Source: an uncultured delta proteobacterium (GTDB lineage: Bacteria; Myxococcota_A; Polyangia; Polyangiales; JADJMO01). From it: DNA of 55,466 bases. The DNA is taken from assembly GCA_903923175.1 (NCBI GenBank), contig CAIXWQ010001095.1:1-55466 (forward strand), written 5' to 3'. How positions within the stretch are numbered: the first letter of the stretch is position 1; the number at the start of each line of letters is the position of its first letter. The notes under the pieces were generated by a model. The model was not told where the DNA came from. It saw only the letters and a program-made list of their open reading frames with translations, and searched no databases. The position numbers were made by a program, and so were the translations under genes. Below are positions 1-8,649 of the stretch, piece after piece.

Positions 1-2
1 CC

Positions 3-392
3 GCCGCCGCCGCCCCGCGCACGCCCGCGCGCACCGAGACGCTCGCGACCGACGACGCGGCCGACGACGCCGAGTCGACCGGCGCCGCCGGCGTGACCGA
101 CGCGACCTCGAGCGCGCGCCCCTTCCCGAACCCGCGCCGGCGCGGCCGCCCGGTCGATCTCGACGTGAAGGACGCCGATCTGCACGACGTCTGCGCGCTC
201 CTCGCCGACGTCGCGAAGGTGAACATCGTGGTCGCGATCGACGCCCACCCGCGCGTGACCGTGAAGATGCACGGCGTCCCCTGGGACGTCGCCCTCGACA
301 CCATCGTGCGGAGCAAGGGGCTGGTGGCCGACTGGGAGGGCGGCATGGTCGTGGTGCGCGATCCGACGCGACGCCCGCGATCGCCGGGCTGA
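3..392 (+). CDS. STN (secretin/TonB N-terminal short) domain protein, 5'-partial
   Basis: Frame is open from position 3. The C-terminal segment RPVDLDVKDADLHDVCALLADVAKVNIVV...RVTVKMHGVPWDVALDTIVRSKGL matches the PilQ/HofQ STN pattern. TGA at 390-392 follows with no secretin domain. Confidence 0.75.
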   Translation, partial: AAAAPRTPARTETLATDDAADDAESTGAAGVTDATSSARPFPNPRRRGRPVDLDVKDADLHDVCALLADVAKVNIVVAIDAHPRVTVKMHGVPWDVALDTIVRSKGLVADWEGGMVVVRDPTRRPRSPG

Positions 393-404
393 GGACACCG
401 ACCG

Positions 405-1532
405 ATGCGATCTCTCCCCTCCCTCGCCTCTCTCCCCTCCCTCGCCTCTCTCGCCTCTCTGCCCGCGCTCAGCGCGCTCTCACTCGCCCTCGTCGCGGCC
501 TGCGGCGCGCGCACGCAGCTCGACGACGCCGTCGCGCCGGTCACGCTCGCCGACGCCGGCTGCCCGCAGCTCCTCTGCGACGCCGAGCACCACTGGGACG
601 CCGCGGCTTGCGCCTGCGTGCGAGCGCCCTGCGCCGACGACGCGGGCGAGACGAAGCTCGCCACCATCACGACCGACTTCGCCGACGGCACCGCCATCGC
701 CGTGCGCGACGGCCAGGTCTACTGGGTCACGCGCGCCGGCAAGTCGGACTCCGAGGGGGTCGTGAGCAAGGTCTCGCGCTGCGGCGGGCCGGTCACCACG
801 CTCGCCTCGGCGCTGAACGGCCCGACCTCGGTCGCCGTCGCCGCCGCGCAGGTGTTCTTCGGCACCATGGGCGACGGCAGCGCGGGGCTGTTCAGCGGCG
901 CGCTGCTGAGCGTCCCGATCTCCGGCGGCGCCGTACGCACCGTCGCGTCGGGGACGGTCTACCTCGGTGGCGTCACCACCGACGACCGCGACGTCTACTG
1001 GACGCACTACGGCACCGGCTACGGCGCGTGGAAGGCGCCCGTCGACGGCGGCGCGGCGATCGCGCTCACGCCCGATCAGGCCTTCTCGTTCATCGCGGTC
1101 GACGCGACGCGCGTCTATCTGAGCCAGCCGGCGAGCATCCCGGCCAACAGCAAGCTCCTGAGCACGCCGCTCGACGGCGGCGCCCTGACCACGCTCATCG
1201 ACCGCGACCTCGTCTTCCCCGGCGTGATGGCGATCGACGACACGAGCGTCTACTGCGTGGTCGGCGCCTCCGAGCTGACGCGCGTGCCCAAGGGCGGTGG
1301 CGCGGCGACGACGCTCGCGCACGCGGCGCTCAACGCCCTCGCGGTCGACGCGAGCGACGTCTACTGGGCCCAGGGCGACGCGACCTCGGGGACCCCCGGC
1401 GCCATCATGCGCGTGCCGAAGGCGGGCGGCGCCTCGACCACGCTCTCGAAGCGGGTCGGCTACGCGATCGCGGTCGACGAGACGTACGTCTACTGGCTCC
1501 TCGGCGGCGACGTGTACCGGCTGGCGAAGTAG
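405..1532 (+). CDS. Secreted lipoprotein with beta-propeller repeats (xAVDxxxVYW type, DUF5050-like)
   Basis: GAGGA SD at 391-395; lipobox-like LVAAC; repeats IAVRDGQVYW, TTDDRDVYW, IAVDATRVY, AIDDTSVY, LAVDASDVYW, IAVDETYVYW. Confidence 0.75.
   Translation: MRSLPSLASLPSLASLASLPALSALSLALVAACGARTQLDDAVAPVTLADAGCPQLLCDAEHHWDAAACACVRAPCADDAGETKLATITTDFADGTAIAVRDGQVYWVTRAGKSDSEGVVSKVSRCGGPVTTLASALNGPTSVAVAAAQVFFGTMGDGSAGLFSGALLSVPISGGAVRTVASGTVYLGGVTTDDRDVYWTHYGTGYGAWKAPVDGGAAIALTPDQAFSFIAVDATRVYLSQPASIPANSKLLSTPLDGGALTTLIDRDLVFPGVMAIDDTSVYCVVGASELTRVPKGGGAATTLAHAALNALAVDASDVYWAQGDATSGTPGAIMRVPKAGGASTTLSKRVGYAIAVDETYVYWLLGGDVYRLAK
410..470 (+). repeat. 18/9-bp tandem repeat encoding SLPSLASLPSLASLASL in the signal peptide
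   Basis: ctctcccctccctcgcct unit duplicated, then a 9-bp partial copy. Confidence 0.8.
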
Positions 1533-1538
1533 CGGCGC

Positions 1539-4169
1539 TCACGCCTCGCGCGAGGTCGGCGCCGCCTGCGCCCGTCGCTTCGCCCACTCGAACCACGCGA
1601 CCGAGCCGCCCCCCGCGAGCAGCGCCGCCACGACCGCCAGCGGCGGGCACGCCGTGAGGTGGAACGTGTCGCGCAGCGGCGCGACCGAGAGCAGCACGGT
1701 CAGCACCGCGAGCGCCCCGACCGAGACCAGCGTCGCCGGCACGTTGCGCGTCCTCAGCGTGGCCCAGAGCGAGCGCGTCCACGAGCGGTTCACCTGGATC
1801 AGGCCGAGGTTGCCCGCGACCAGCGCGACGAACGCGAGCGTGCGCGCCGCCTCCTCGCCGAGGTGCGTGCGGCTGATCGAGTAGACCGCCAGATCCGCCG
1901 CCAGCACCGAGAGCCCCTGCAGGATCGACCAGACGATGACCGCGCGATCGAAGAGCGGCGTGTTCGGCGCGCGCGGCGGGGCGCGCATCGCGCCCGGATC
2001 GGCCGGCTCCGCCTCGAACGCGAGCGAGCAGGCGGGGTCGATCACGAGCTCGAGGAACGCGACGTGGGTCGGCGCGAGGATCATCGGCAGCCCCACCAGC
2101 GGCGGCAGCAGCGCCATGCCCGCGATCGGCACGTGCACCGCGATGACGTAGGCCATCGCCTTCTTCAGGTTCTCGTAGATGCCGCGGCCGAGGCGCAGCG
2201 CCGTCACGATCGACGCGAAGTTGTCGTCGACGAGCACGAGCGCGGCCGCCTCGCGCGCGACGTCGGTGCCGCGCTTGCCCATCGCGATCCCGATGTGCGC
2301 CGCCTTGAGCGCCGGCGCGTCGTTGATGCCGTCTCCGGTCATCGCCACGATCTCGCCGTTCGCCTCGAGCGCGCGCACCAGCCGCAGCTTCTGCTCGGGC
2401 ACCACGCGCGCGAAGATCGACGCCGTGCGCACCACGTCGCGCAGCGCGTCGTCGCTCATTCGATCGAGCTCCGCGCCGGTCACGACGCGCGCGCCCTCGA
2501 GCCCGTTCTCGAGTCCGCGATCGAGTCCGATCGCGCGCCCGATGGCCGCCGCCGTCTCCGGCGCGTCGCCGGTGATCATGATCACGCGGATCCCGGCCGC
2601 GCGGCACTCTGCGACCGCCGCGGGGACCTCGGCGCGCACCGGATCGAGCAGGCCGACCAGCCCCACGAAGCGGAACTCGTAGTCGTGCTGGACGTCGGGG
2701 AGCGGCGCTTGATCGAGCTCGGCGCGCGCCACGGCGAGCACCCGGAGCCCTTGCGACGCCATGGCGGACGTCCGCGCGCGCACCGCCGCGAGCGCGGGCG
2801 CGTCGAGGTGGCACAGGTCGAACACCGCCTCCGGCGCCCCCTTGGCCGCGATGAGGAAGCGCTCCGGCTCCGTCGGCGCGCGCGCGGCTTCACCCGCGTC
2901 ACCCGCGTCACCCGAGCTCGAGGTCGCGTACACGTGCGACATCGCGAGCAGCTCGGGCGAGAGCGGGTACTCGCGCAGCGGCCGCCAGCCCGCGTGGAGG
3001 TGCTCGGTGCCGTCGAGCGCGCGGCCGCCGAGCTCGTGGAACGCGGCCTCCATCGGGTCGAACGGATCGGGCTGGCTCGCCAGGATCCCGTACTCGACCA
3101 CGCCGTGCACCGCCTCGGGGAGCGCCGGCAGGCCGGTGGTCGGCACGTCGACGGCGGACTCGGCGAGGTCCCCCTCGAGCCGCACGATGCGCATCGCGTT
3201 GACGGTCAGCGTGCCGGTCTTGTCGGTGCAGAGCACGGTCGCCGCGCCGAGCGCCTCGATCGCGGGGACCCTGCGCGCGAGCACGTGGCTCTTGGAGATC
3301 CGGTACGCGCCGAACGCGTGGAAGATCGTCAGGACGACCGGGAACTCCTCGGGCAGCAGCGCCATCGCGAGCGTGAGGCCGGCGAGCAGCGCGCGCAGCC
3401 AGTCGCCGCGCGCGAGCCCGAGGGAGCCGACCAGCAGCGCGCAGGCGGCGACGGCGAGGATGGCGACCGTCCGCACCACGCGATCGACCTCGCGCTGCAG
3501 CGGCGTGCGCTCGAGCTCGACCTCGGCCAGCGCGGCGCCGATCCGGCCGATCGCCGTGCGCTCGCCGGTGTGCCGCACCACCGCGAGCCCGTGCCCGCCG
3601 ACGATCATCGTCCCCGAGAAGACCTCCGGCAGATCGTCGCCGCCCGGGGGCGTGCTCGGCGCGTCGGCGGGATCGCCGGTGCACGCCCGCTTGCGCACGG
3701 GGACCGACTCGCCCGTCAGCGACGACTCGTCGGCCTGCAGGTTGGTCGCCTCCGCGAGCACCGCGTCCGCGGGGACGCGCGCCCCCTCGGCGAGCACGGT
3801 CACGTCCCCGCGCACCACCTCCCGCCCGGGCACGCGCACGCGGGCGCCGTCGCGCACCACGATCGCCTGCGGGCTCGCGAGATCGCGCAGCGCCGCCACG
3901 GCGCGCTCGGTGCGCCGCTCCTGGACGATCGTGATCGAGATGACGAGCACCACGAACGCGAGCAGCGTCAGCGCGTCGCCGCGATCGCCGAGCGCCAGAT
4001 AGAGCACCCCCGTCGCCAGCAGCAGCAGGAGCATCGGCTCGCGCAGCACCGCGACGACGGTCCGCAGGATGCTGGGCGGCTGCTCGCGCGCGATCTCGTT
4101 GGGCCCCTCCGCGCGCAGCCTGGCCTCGGCCTCGGCGGCGCCCAGCCCACGGGCGAGGTGCGTGCTCAC
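1539..4169 (-). CDS. Cation-transporting P-type ATPase (P2-type, Ca2+-ATPase-like)
   Basis: LTGES, PEEFP in TM4, DKTGTLT phosphorylation motif, KGAPE, MITGD, GDGINDAPALK. Likely start GTG at 4169 (VSTHLARGL.AAEAEARLRAEGPNE), not the ORF-track start 4682. Confidence 0.92.
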   Translation of the reverse strand: MSTHLARGLGAAEAEARLRAEGPNEIAREQPPSILRTVVAVLREPMLLLLLATGVLYLALGDRGDALTLLAFVVLVISITIVQERRTERAVAALRDLASPQAIVVRDGARVRVPGREVVRGDVTVLAEGARVPADAVLAEATNLQADESSLTGESVPVRKRACTGDPADAPSTPPGGDDLPEVFSGTMIVGGHGLAVVRHTGERTAIGRIGAALAEVELERTPLQREVDRVVRTVAILAVAACALLVGSLGLARGDWLRALLAGLTLAMALLPEEFPVVLTIFHAFGAYRISKSHVLARRVPAIEALGAATVLCTDKTGTLTVNAMRIVRLEGDLAESAVDVPTTGLPALPEAVHGVVEYGILASQPDPFDPMEAAFHELGGRALDGTEHLHAGWRPLREYPLSPELLAMSHVYATSSSGDAGDAGEAARAPTEPERFLIAAKGAPEAVFDLCHLDAPALAAVRARTSAMASQGLRVLAVARAELDQAPLPDVQHDYEFRFVGLVGLLDPVRAEVPAAVAECRAAGIRVIMITGDAPETAAAIGRAIGLDRGLENGLEGARVVTGAELDRMSDDALRDVVRTASIFARVVPEQKLRLVRALEANGEIVAMTGDGINDAPALKAAHIGIAMGKRGTDVAREAAALVLVDDNFASIVTALRLGRGIYENLKKAMAYVIAVHVPIAGMALLPPLVGLPMILAPTHVAFLELVIDPACSLAFEAEPADPGAMRAPPRAPNTPLFDRAVIVWSILQGLSVLAADLAVYSISRTHLGEEAARTLAFVALVAGNLGLIQVNRSWTRSLWATLRTRNVPATLVSVGALAVLTVLLSVAPLRDTFHLTACPPLAVVAALLAGGGSVAWFEWAKRRAQAAPTSREA

Positions 4170-4321
4170 GCGCCCGACGCTCGCAACGGTCGCGCCAGCC
4201 CCCCCGCCGCGCGCATTCGCCCGCCGCTTGCACCGGCGCACGGCGCTCCGCCGGACTTCCGTCGAGGAAACGCGCGCCACGCGCAGGGGACCGCAGGACG
4301 TGCGTCGCCCCGCGTCACAGG

Positions 4322-4342
4322 TTCTCCACAGCCTGTGTCCAA
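4322..4342. promoter_or_regulatory. Paired inverted DnaA-box-like element upstream of mraZ
   Basis: TTCTCCACA (4322-4330; 1 mismatch to TTWTNCACA), GCC, then TGTGTCCAA (4334-4342; a weaker inverted copy). Confidence 0.45.
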
Positions 4343-4443
4343 CACGACGCGTCACGATGCCCCTCTCGGGGCGAGATTCGCCGCCTACATGAGCGCACCG
4401 GCGCGGGCCACCTTCTTGACGGAGGGCACCCTGGGTCCGTAGG

Positions 4444-4481
4444 GTGGGGCGGTTCGTGGTGGAAAGTGCCAAGCCGTGGTG
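4444..4481 (+). promoter_or_regulatory. MraZ operator (GTGG repeats at 10-bp period)
   Basis: GGGG 4446, GTGGT 4456, GTGCC 4466, GTGGTG 4476, about 70-110 bp upstream of mraZ. Matches the known GTGG-N6 MraZ-binding repeats. Confidence 0.7.
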
Positions 4482-4551
4482 ACTGGACCCTGAAGTTTGG
4501 GTCCTCCGTCCCTGAGGCCGCCATCGCCCGAGCCGGGAGATTCCGATCGCC

Positions 4552-4995
4552 ATGTGGCAGGGGCAGCACGAGCACGCGATCGACGCGAAGGGGCGCGTGA
4601 GCCTCCCTGCGCGCTTTCGCGAGTCGCTGTCCGCCGCCGGCGAGGATCGCTTCGTCCTCACGCAGTCGCTCGATCCGTGCATCGTCGCGTACCCGCTCGC
4701 CGAGTGGCGCGCGTTCGAGGAGAAGCTCTCGAAGCTGCCGCGCTTCGATCCGAGCGTGGTGAAGCTGCGCCGCCTGTACGTGTCGGCGGCGCAGGAAGTG
4801 AGCTTCGACGGGCAGGGGCGCGTGCTCGTGCCGCCGTCGCTCCGCGCCTACGCGGGGCTCGAGAAGGAGGCGCTCTGGGCCGGCCTCGGCACCTACGCCG
4901 AGCTCTGGGCGAAGGAGCGCTGGTCGCGCGCGATCGAGACCACGCCGGACGAGCGGGTCGCCCTGTCGGCGAAGCTCGGGGAGCTCGGGCTTTGA
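4552..4995 (+). CDS. mraZ: Division/cell wall cluster transcriptional repressor MraZ
   Basis: GQHEHAIDAKGRVSLPARFR and DGQGRVLVPPSLRAYAGL (two SpoVT-AbrB repeats); first gene of the dcw cluster. Confidence 0.97.
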   Translation: MWQGQHEHAIDAKGRVSLPARFRESLSAAGEDRFVLTQSLDPCIVAYPLAEWRAFEEKLSKLPRFDPSVVKLRRLYVSAAQEVSFDGQGRVLVPPSLRAYAGLEKEALWAGLGTYAELWAKERWSRAIETTPDERVALSAKLGELGL

Positions 4996-5987
4996 GCAAC
5001 CGCGCCTTCAAGCACCTGACCGTGATGCGCGACGAGGTCGTGCGCGCGCTCTCCCCCAAGGACGACGGCGTCTACGTCGACGCCACGCTCGGCGGCGGCG
5101 GCCACACCGAGGCGCTGCTCGAGGCGTCCGAAGGCGCGCGCGTCGTCGGGCTCGATCGCGATCAGGTCGCCATCGAGGCGGCCAAGGAGCGCCTCGCGCC
5201 GTTCGGCGCGCGCTTCGAGGCCGTGCACGCGCGCTTCGGCGACGCCGGCGAGGTCGTGCCGAAGGTCGCCGCGAAGGCCGGCAAGCCGGGCGTCGACGGG
5301 ATCGTCGCCGATCTCGGCGTCTCCTCTCCGCAGCTCGACGACGCCACGCGCGGGATGAGCTTTCGCAAGGAGGCCTCCGACGCGCCGCTCGACATGCGCA
5401 TGGACCGCTCGCAGGGGCGCACCGTGCGCGAGCTGATCGAGGAGCTCGAGGAAGAGGCGCTCGCCGACGTGATCTTCGACTTCGGCGAGGAGCGCCGCTC
5501 GCGCAAGATCGCCAAGTCGATCAAGCGCGCCGAGACGGAGGGGCAGCTCGCGACCACCGGCGATCTGCGCCACGCGATCTACCGCGCCGTCGGCGGCGAC
5601 AAGGAGCACGGCATCGACCCCGCGACGCGCACGTTCCAGGCGCTGCGCATCGCCGTGAACGACGAGCTCGGCGAGCTCGATCGCCTGCTCGCCGCCCTGC
5701 CGACGCTCCTCGCCGGCGACGGCGTCGCCGCGATCATCTCGTTCCACTCCCTCGAGGACGGCCGCGTGAAGCGCGCCTTCGCCGACGAGGCGGTGTGGGA
5801 CGTGACCTCGAAGAAGCCGATCGTCGCGACCGAGGCCGAGACGGCCGAGAACCCGCGCGCGCGCAGCGCGAAGCTCCGCGTCGCCCGCCGCCGCCGCGAG
5901 GGCGAGGTCCGCGACGAGCGCACCGAGAAGCAGGCGAAGTACGAGGCGCGCAAGGCGCGTCGTCACGGCACCGGGGCGGGCTCATGA
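4992..5987 (+). CDS. rsmH: 16S rRNA m4C1402 methyltransferase RsmH (MraW)
   Basis: H.TVMRDEV, YVDATLGGGGH, DLGVSSPQLD, PLDMRMD, ATRTFQALRIAVN, ISFHSLED, NPRARSAKLR. TTG start overlaps the mraZ TGA. Confidence 0.97.
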   Translation: MSNRAFKHLTVMRDEVVRALSPKDDGVYVDATLGGGGHTEALLEASEGARVVGLDRDQVAIEAAKERLAPFGARFEAVHARFGDAGEVVPKVAAKAGKPGVDGIVADLGVSSPQLDDATRGMSFRKEASDAPLDMRMDRSQGRTVRELIEELEEEALADVIFDFGEERRSRKIAKSIKRAETEGQLATTGDLRHAIYRAVGGDKEHGIDPATRTFQALRIAVNDELGELDRLLAALPTLLAGDGVAAIISFHSLEDGRVKRAFADEAVWDVTSKKPIVATEAETAENPRARSAKLRVARRRREGEVRDERTEKQAKYEARKARRHGTGAGS

Positions 5988-6457
5988 GCGCCGCGCTGCC
6001 GCACAACCGCCCGGTGGCGGAGATCATGCGCGCGCGTCGCAGCGGGCGCTTCGTCGCGCTGTGGACGCTCGCGGTCTTCGCGACCGCGGCGGCGTTCATC
6101 CTCTACCTAGCGCTGCGCAGCCGGGCCGTGGAGCTCGGCTACAAGCTCGGCCGCGCCCGCGCGCGTCAGTCGCAGCTGCGCGAGACGCGGCGCGTGCTCC
6201 AGGTCGAGGCGGTCGCCTACCGCAACCCCGAGCGCGTCGAGGCGCTCGCCAAGGGCGTCCTGCAGCTCGAGGAGGCGCCGCCGCAGCGCATCTTCGTGGT
6301 CGGCGCGCCGATCGAGGCGACCGAGAAGCCCACGCCCAAGGCGGCCGCTCCGTCCGCGAGCGCGAGCGCGAGCGCCATGGCGCCGGTGCCGGCCGCGACG
6401 ATCAACGACGACGTCACGCTCGGCATCCCGAGCGCGCCGGGCGGGGGCGTTCCGTGA
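5984..6457 (+). CDS. ftsL: Cell division protein FtsL
   Basis: Lies between rsmH and ftsI; single TM then coiled coil ending ...VEAVAYRNPERVEALAKGVLQL; ATGA overlap with rsmH; Ala/Pro-rich tail. Confidence 0.8.
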   Translation: MSAALPHNRPVAEIMRARRSGRFVALWTLAVFATAAAFILYLALRSRAVELGYKLGRARARQSQLRETRRVLQVEAVAYRNPERVEALAKGVLQLEEAPPQRIFVVGAPIEATEKPTPKAAAPSASASASAMAPVPAATINDDVTLGIPSAPGGGVP

Positions 6458-8580
6458 AGAACATCGACCCGCGCCGCGCCCGCTGGATGAAATTCCGCAT
6501 GGGCGTGCTGTGCGGCCTCCTCTCGACCGGGCTCTGCTCGATCGTCGCCAGCGCCTACAACATCCAGGTCAAGCACGGCGCCGAGTGGCGCATGATCGCC
6601 GAGCGTCAGCGGCAGAAGCGCCTCAAGGTGCTCCCGACGCGCGGCTCGATCCTCGACCGCAACGGCGAGGCGCTCGCCATCACCATCGACGTCCCTTCGA
6701 TCGCCATCAACGCGGCCGAGCTCGTGCGCAACGTGCCCGAGAAGCAGCAGCCCGCGCTCCAGGACGCGGCCGCCGCCAAGCTCGCCACCGCGCTGAACCT
6801 CCCGTTCCCCGAGGTGCAGGCGAAGCTCAAGTCGAAGCGGCGCTTCGCCTGGCTGAAGCGCCGGCTCAGCCAGGACGAGATCACCGCCGTCCGCGCGATG
6901 ATCGATCCGCGCAAGCCCGACGCCGTCAAAGGCGTGATGATCGAGGGCGAGGGGCACCGCTTCTACCCGGGCCGCGAGGCGCTCTGGGGGCTCGTCGGCT
7001 ACGTGAGCGGCGACGGCAGCGGCATCGACGGCGTCGAGCGCGCGTTCGACGAGGACCTGCGCGGCCGCCCCGACGAGATCTCCGCGCTGCGAGACCGCAA
7101 GGGGACGGTGCTCTTCGGCGACGGCCTCGAGGACGAGCGCGCCCTCGCCGGCGACGACGTGCACCTGACGGTCGATCTCGGCTTGCAGTTCCAGGTGCAG
7201 GAGGATCTCGAGGCGGGGCTGCGCGCCTTCGAGGCCAAGTCCGGCAGCGCGATCGTGATCGATCCGAACACCGGCGAGATCCTCGCGATGGCGAGCGCGC
7301 CGGTCTACAACCCGAACGACTACGGCGACGCGCCCATCGAGGCGCGGCGGAACCACGCCATCGCCGATCGCGTCGAGCCGGGCTCGACGATGAAGATCTT
7401 CACCATCGCGGCGGCGCTCGCCGAGGGGAAGATCAAGCCGACCGAGGAGATCTACTGCGAGAACGGCAGCTGGACGATCGGCGGCGTCACCATCCACGAC
7501 ACGCACCACGAGGGGATGCTCGCCCCGGCGTCGATCATCTCGAAGTCGTCGAACATCTGCGCGGCCAAGATCGGCCTCTTGCTCGGCGAGCAGGGGCTCT
7601 ACTCGGCCTTCAAGCGCTTCGGCTTCGGCGAGACGACCGGGCTCGGGTTGCCCGGCGAGGCGGCGGGCGTGCTGCGCGCGCGCGGGCGCCCCTGGTACGA
7701 GGTCGAGGTCGCGTCCGCGAGCTTCGGGCAGGGGATCAGCGTCACGACGCTGCAGCTCGGCATGGCGATGTCGGCCATCGCCAACGGCGGCAAGCTCATG
7801 GAGCCGCGGCTGGTGCGCACGGTCACCGGCGCGACCGGGCAGCTGGTGCGCGAGGAGCTGCCGACGGTGCGGCGCGAGGTCGTCCCGGCCTTCGCCGCGC
7901 GCATGGTCACCGAGATGATGACCGGCGTCGTCGAAGAGGGCGGCACCGGGCGCGAGGCGCACATCCCGGGCTACCGCGTGGCCGGCAAGACGGCGACCGC
8001 GCAGAAGGCCGATCCCGCCACCGGCAAGTACGACCCCGACAAGTTCGTCGCGTCGTTCGTCGGGTTCGTCCCCGCGCAGAAGCCCCGCTTCGTCATCGCG
8101 GTGGTGGTCGACGAGCCCTGGATCGCGCACCTCGGCGGCCAGGTCGCGGCGCCGATCTTCCGTCGGATCGCGATGCGCGCGCTCGCGCGCTTCGGCGTCG
8201 CGCCCTCGGGCGAGGTCGCCAAGACCGCGGTGACCTTCCCGCTCGAGGATCCGACGCCGCTCGTCTACGCCGAGGCGAAGGCGATGGCGCCCGACGTGGA
8301 TCTCACCGGCCCGGGCGGCTCGGTGGTGGCGCCGATGACCGCCCCGAGCGCGTTCGCGCCGCTGCCGGCCTCGTCGCCGTCGGCGCTGCCGGGCGCGCAG
8401 CGCGTGATCGTCCCCGATCTCGGCGGCATGGGCGCGCGCGACGCGGCGCACGCGCTCGTCTCGATCGGGCTGCTCCCCGTGTTCGACGGCACTGGCTCCG
8501 TGACTCGACAGGAGCCCGCGCCGGGCACGCTCCTCCTGCAGGGCTCGGCCGTCCGCGTCCGCCTCTCGCCTGGCTCGTGA
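6454..8580 (+). CDS. ftsI: Peptidoglycan D,D-transpeptidase FtsI/PBP3 with C-terminal PASTA domain
   Basis: PTRGSILDRNG, EPGSTMK (SxxK), SSN (SxN), AGKTATAQK (KTG-like), PASTA-like VPDLGGMGARDA...GSVTRQEPAPG. GTGA overlap with ftsL. Confidence 0.96.
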   Translation: MKNIDPRRARWMKFRMGVLCGLLSTGLCSIVASAYNIQVKHGAEWRMIAERQRQKRLKVLPTRGSILDRNGEALAITIDVPSIAINAAELVRNVPEKQQPALQDAAAAKLATALNLPFPEVQAKLKSKRRFAWLKRRLSQDEITAVRAMIDPRKPDAVKGVMIEGEGHRFYPGREALWGLVGYVSGDGSGIDGVERAFDEDLRGRPDEISALRDRKGTVLFGDGLEDERALAGDDVHLTVDLGLQFQVQEDLEAGLRAFEAKSGSAIVIDPNTGEILAMASAPVYNPNDYGDAPIEARRNHAIADRVEPGSTMKIFTIAAALAEGKIKPTEEIYCENGSWTIGGVTIHDTHHEGMLAPASIISKSSNICAAKIGLLLGEQGLYSAFKRFGFGETTGLGLPGEAAGVLRARGRPWYEVEVASASFGQGISVTTLQLGMAMSAIANGGKLMEPRLVRTVTGATGQLVREELPTVRREVVPAFAARMVTEMMTGVVEEGGTGREAHIPGYRVAGKTATAQKADPATGKYDPDKFVASFVGFVPAQKPRFVIAVVVDEPWIAHLGGQVAAPIFRRIAMRALARFGVAPSGEVAKTAVTFPLEDPTPLVYAEAKAMAPDVDLTGPGGSVVAPMTAPSAFAPLPASSPSALPGAQRVIVPDLGGMGARDAAHALVSIGLLPVFDGTGSVTRQEPAPGTLLLQGSAVRVRLSPGS

Positions 8581-8587
8581 CGCGCAC

Positions 8588-8649
8588 GCATGCATCGCAT
8601 GGATGGCATGGATCGCACGGATCGCACGGAGCGGATGGAACGCATGGAC
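8588..8649 (+). repeat. Degenerate 9-bp tandem repeat at the murE 5' end containing several ATGs
   Basis: gcatggatc/gcacggatc/gcacggagc/ggatggaac/gcatggac; translates MHRMDGMDRTDRTERMERMD. Confidence 0.75.

Noticed and set aside
4170-4682. N-terminal 171-aa extension of the P-type ATPase in the ORF track
   Set aside because: Low-complexity, overlaps mraZ and its promoter; family similarity begins at GTG 4169.
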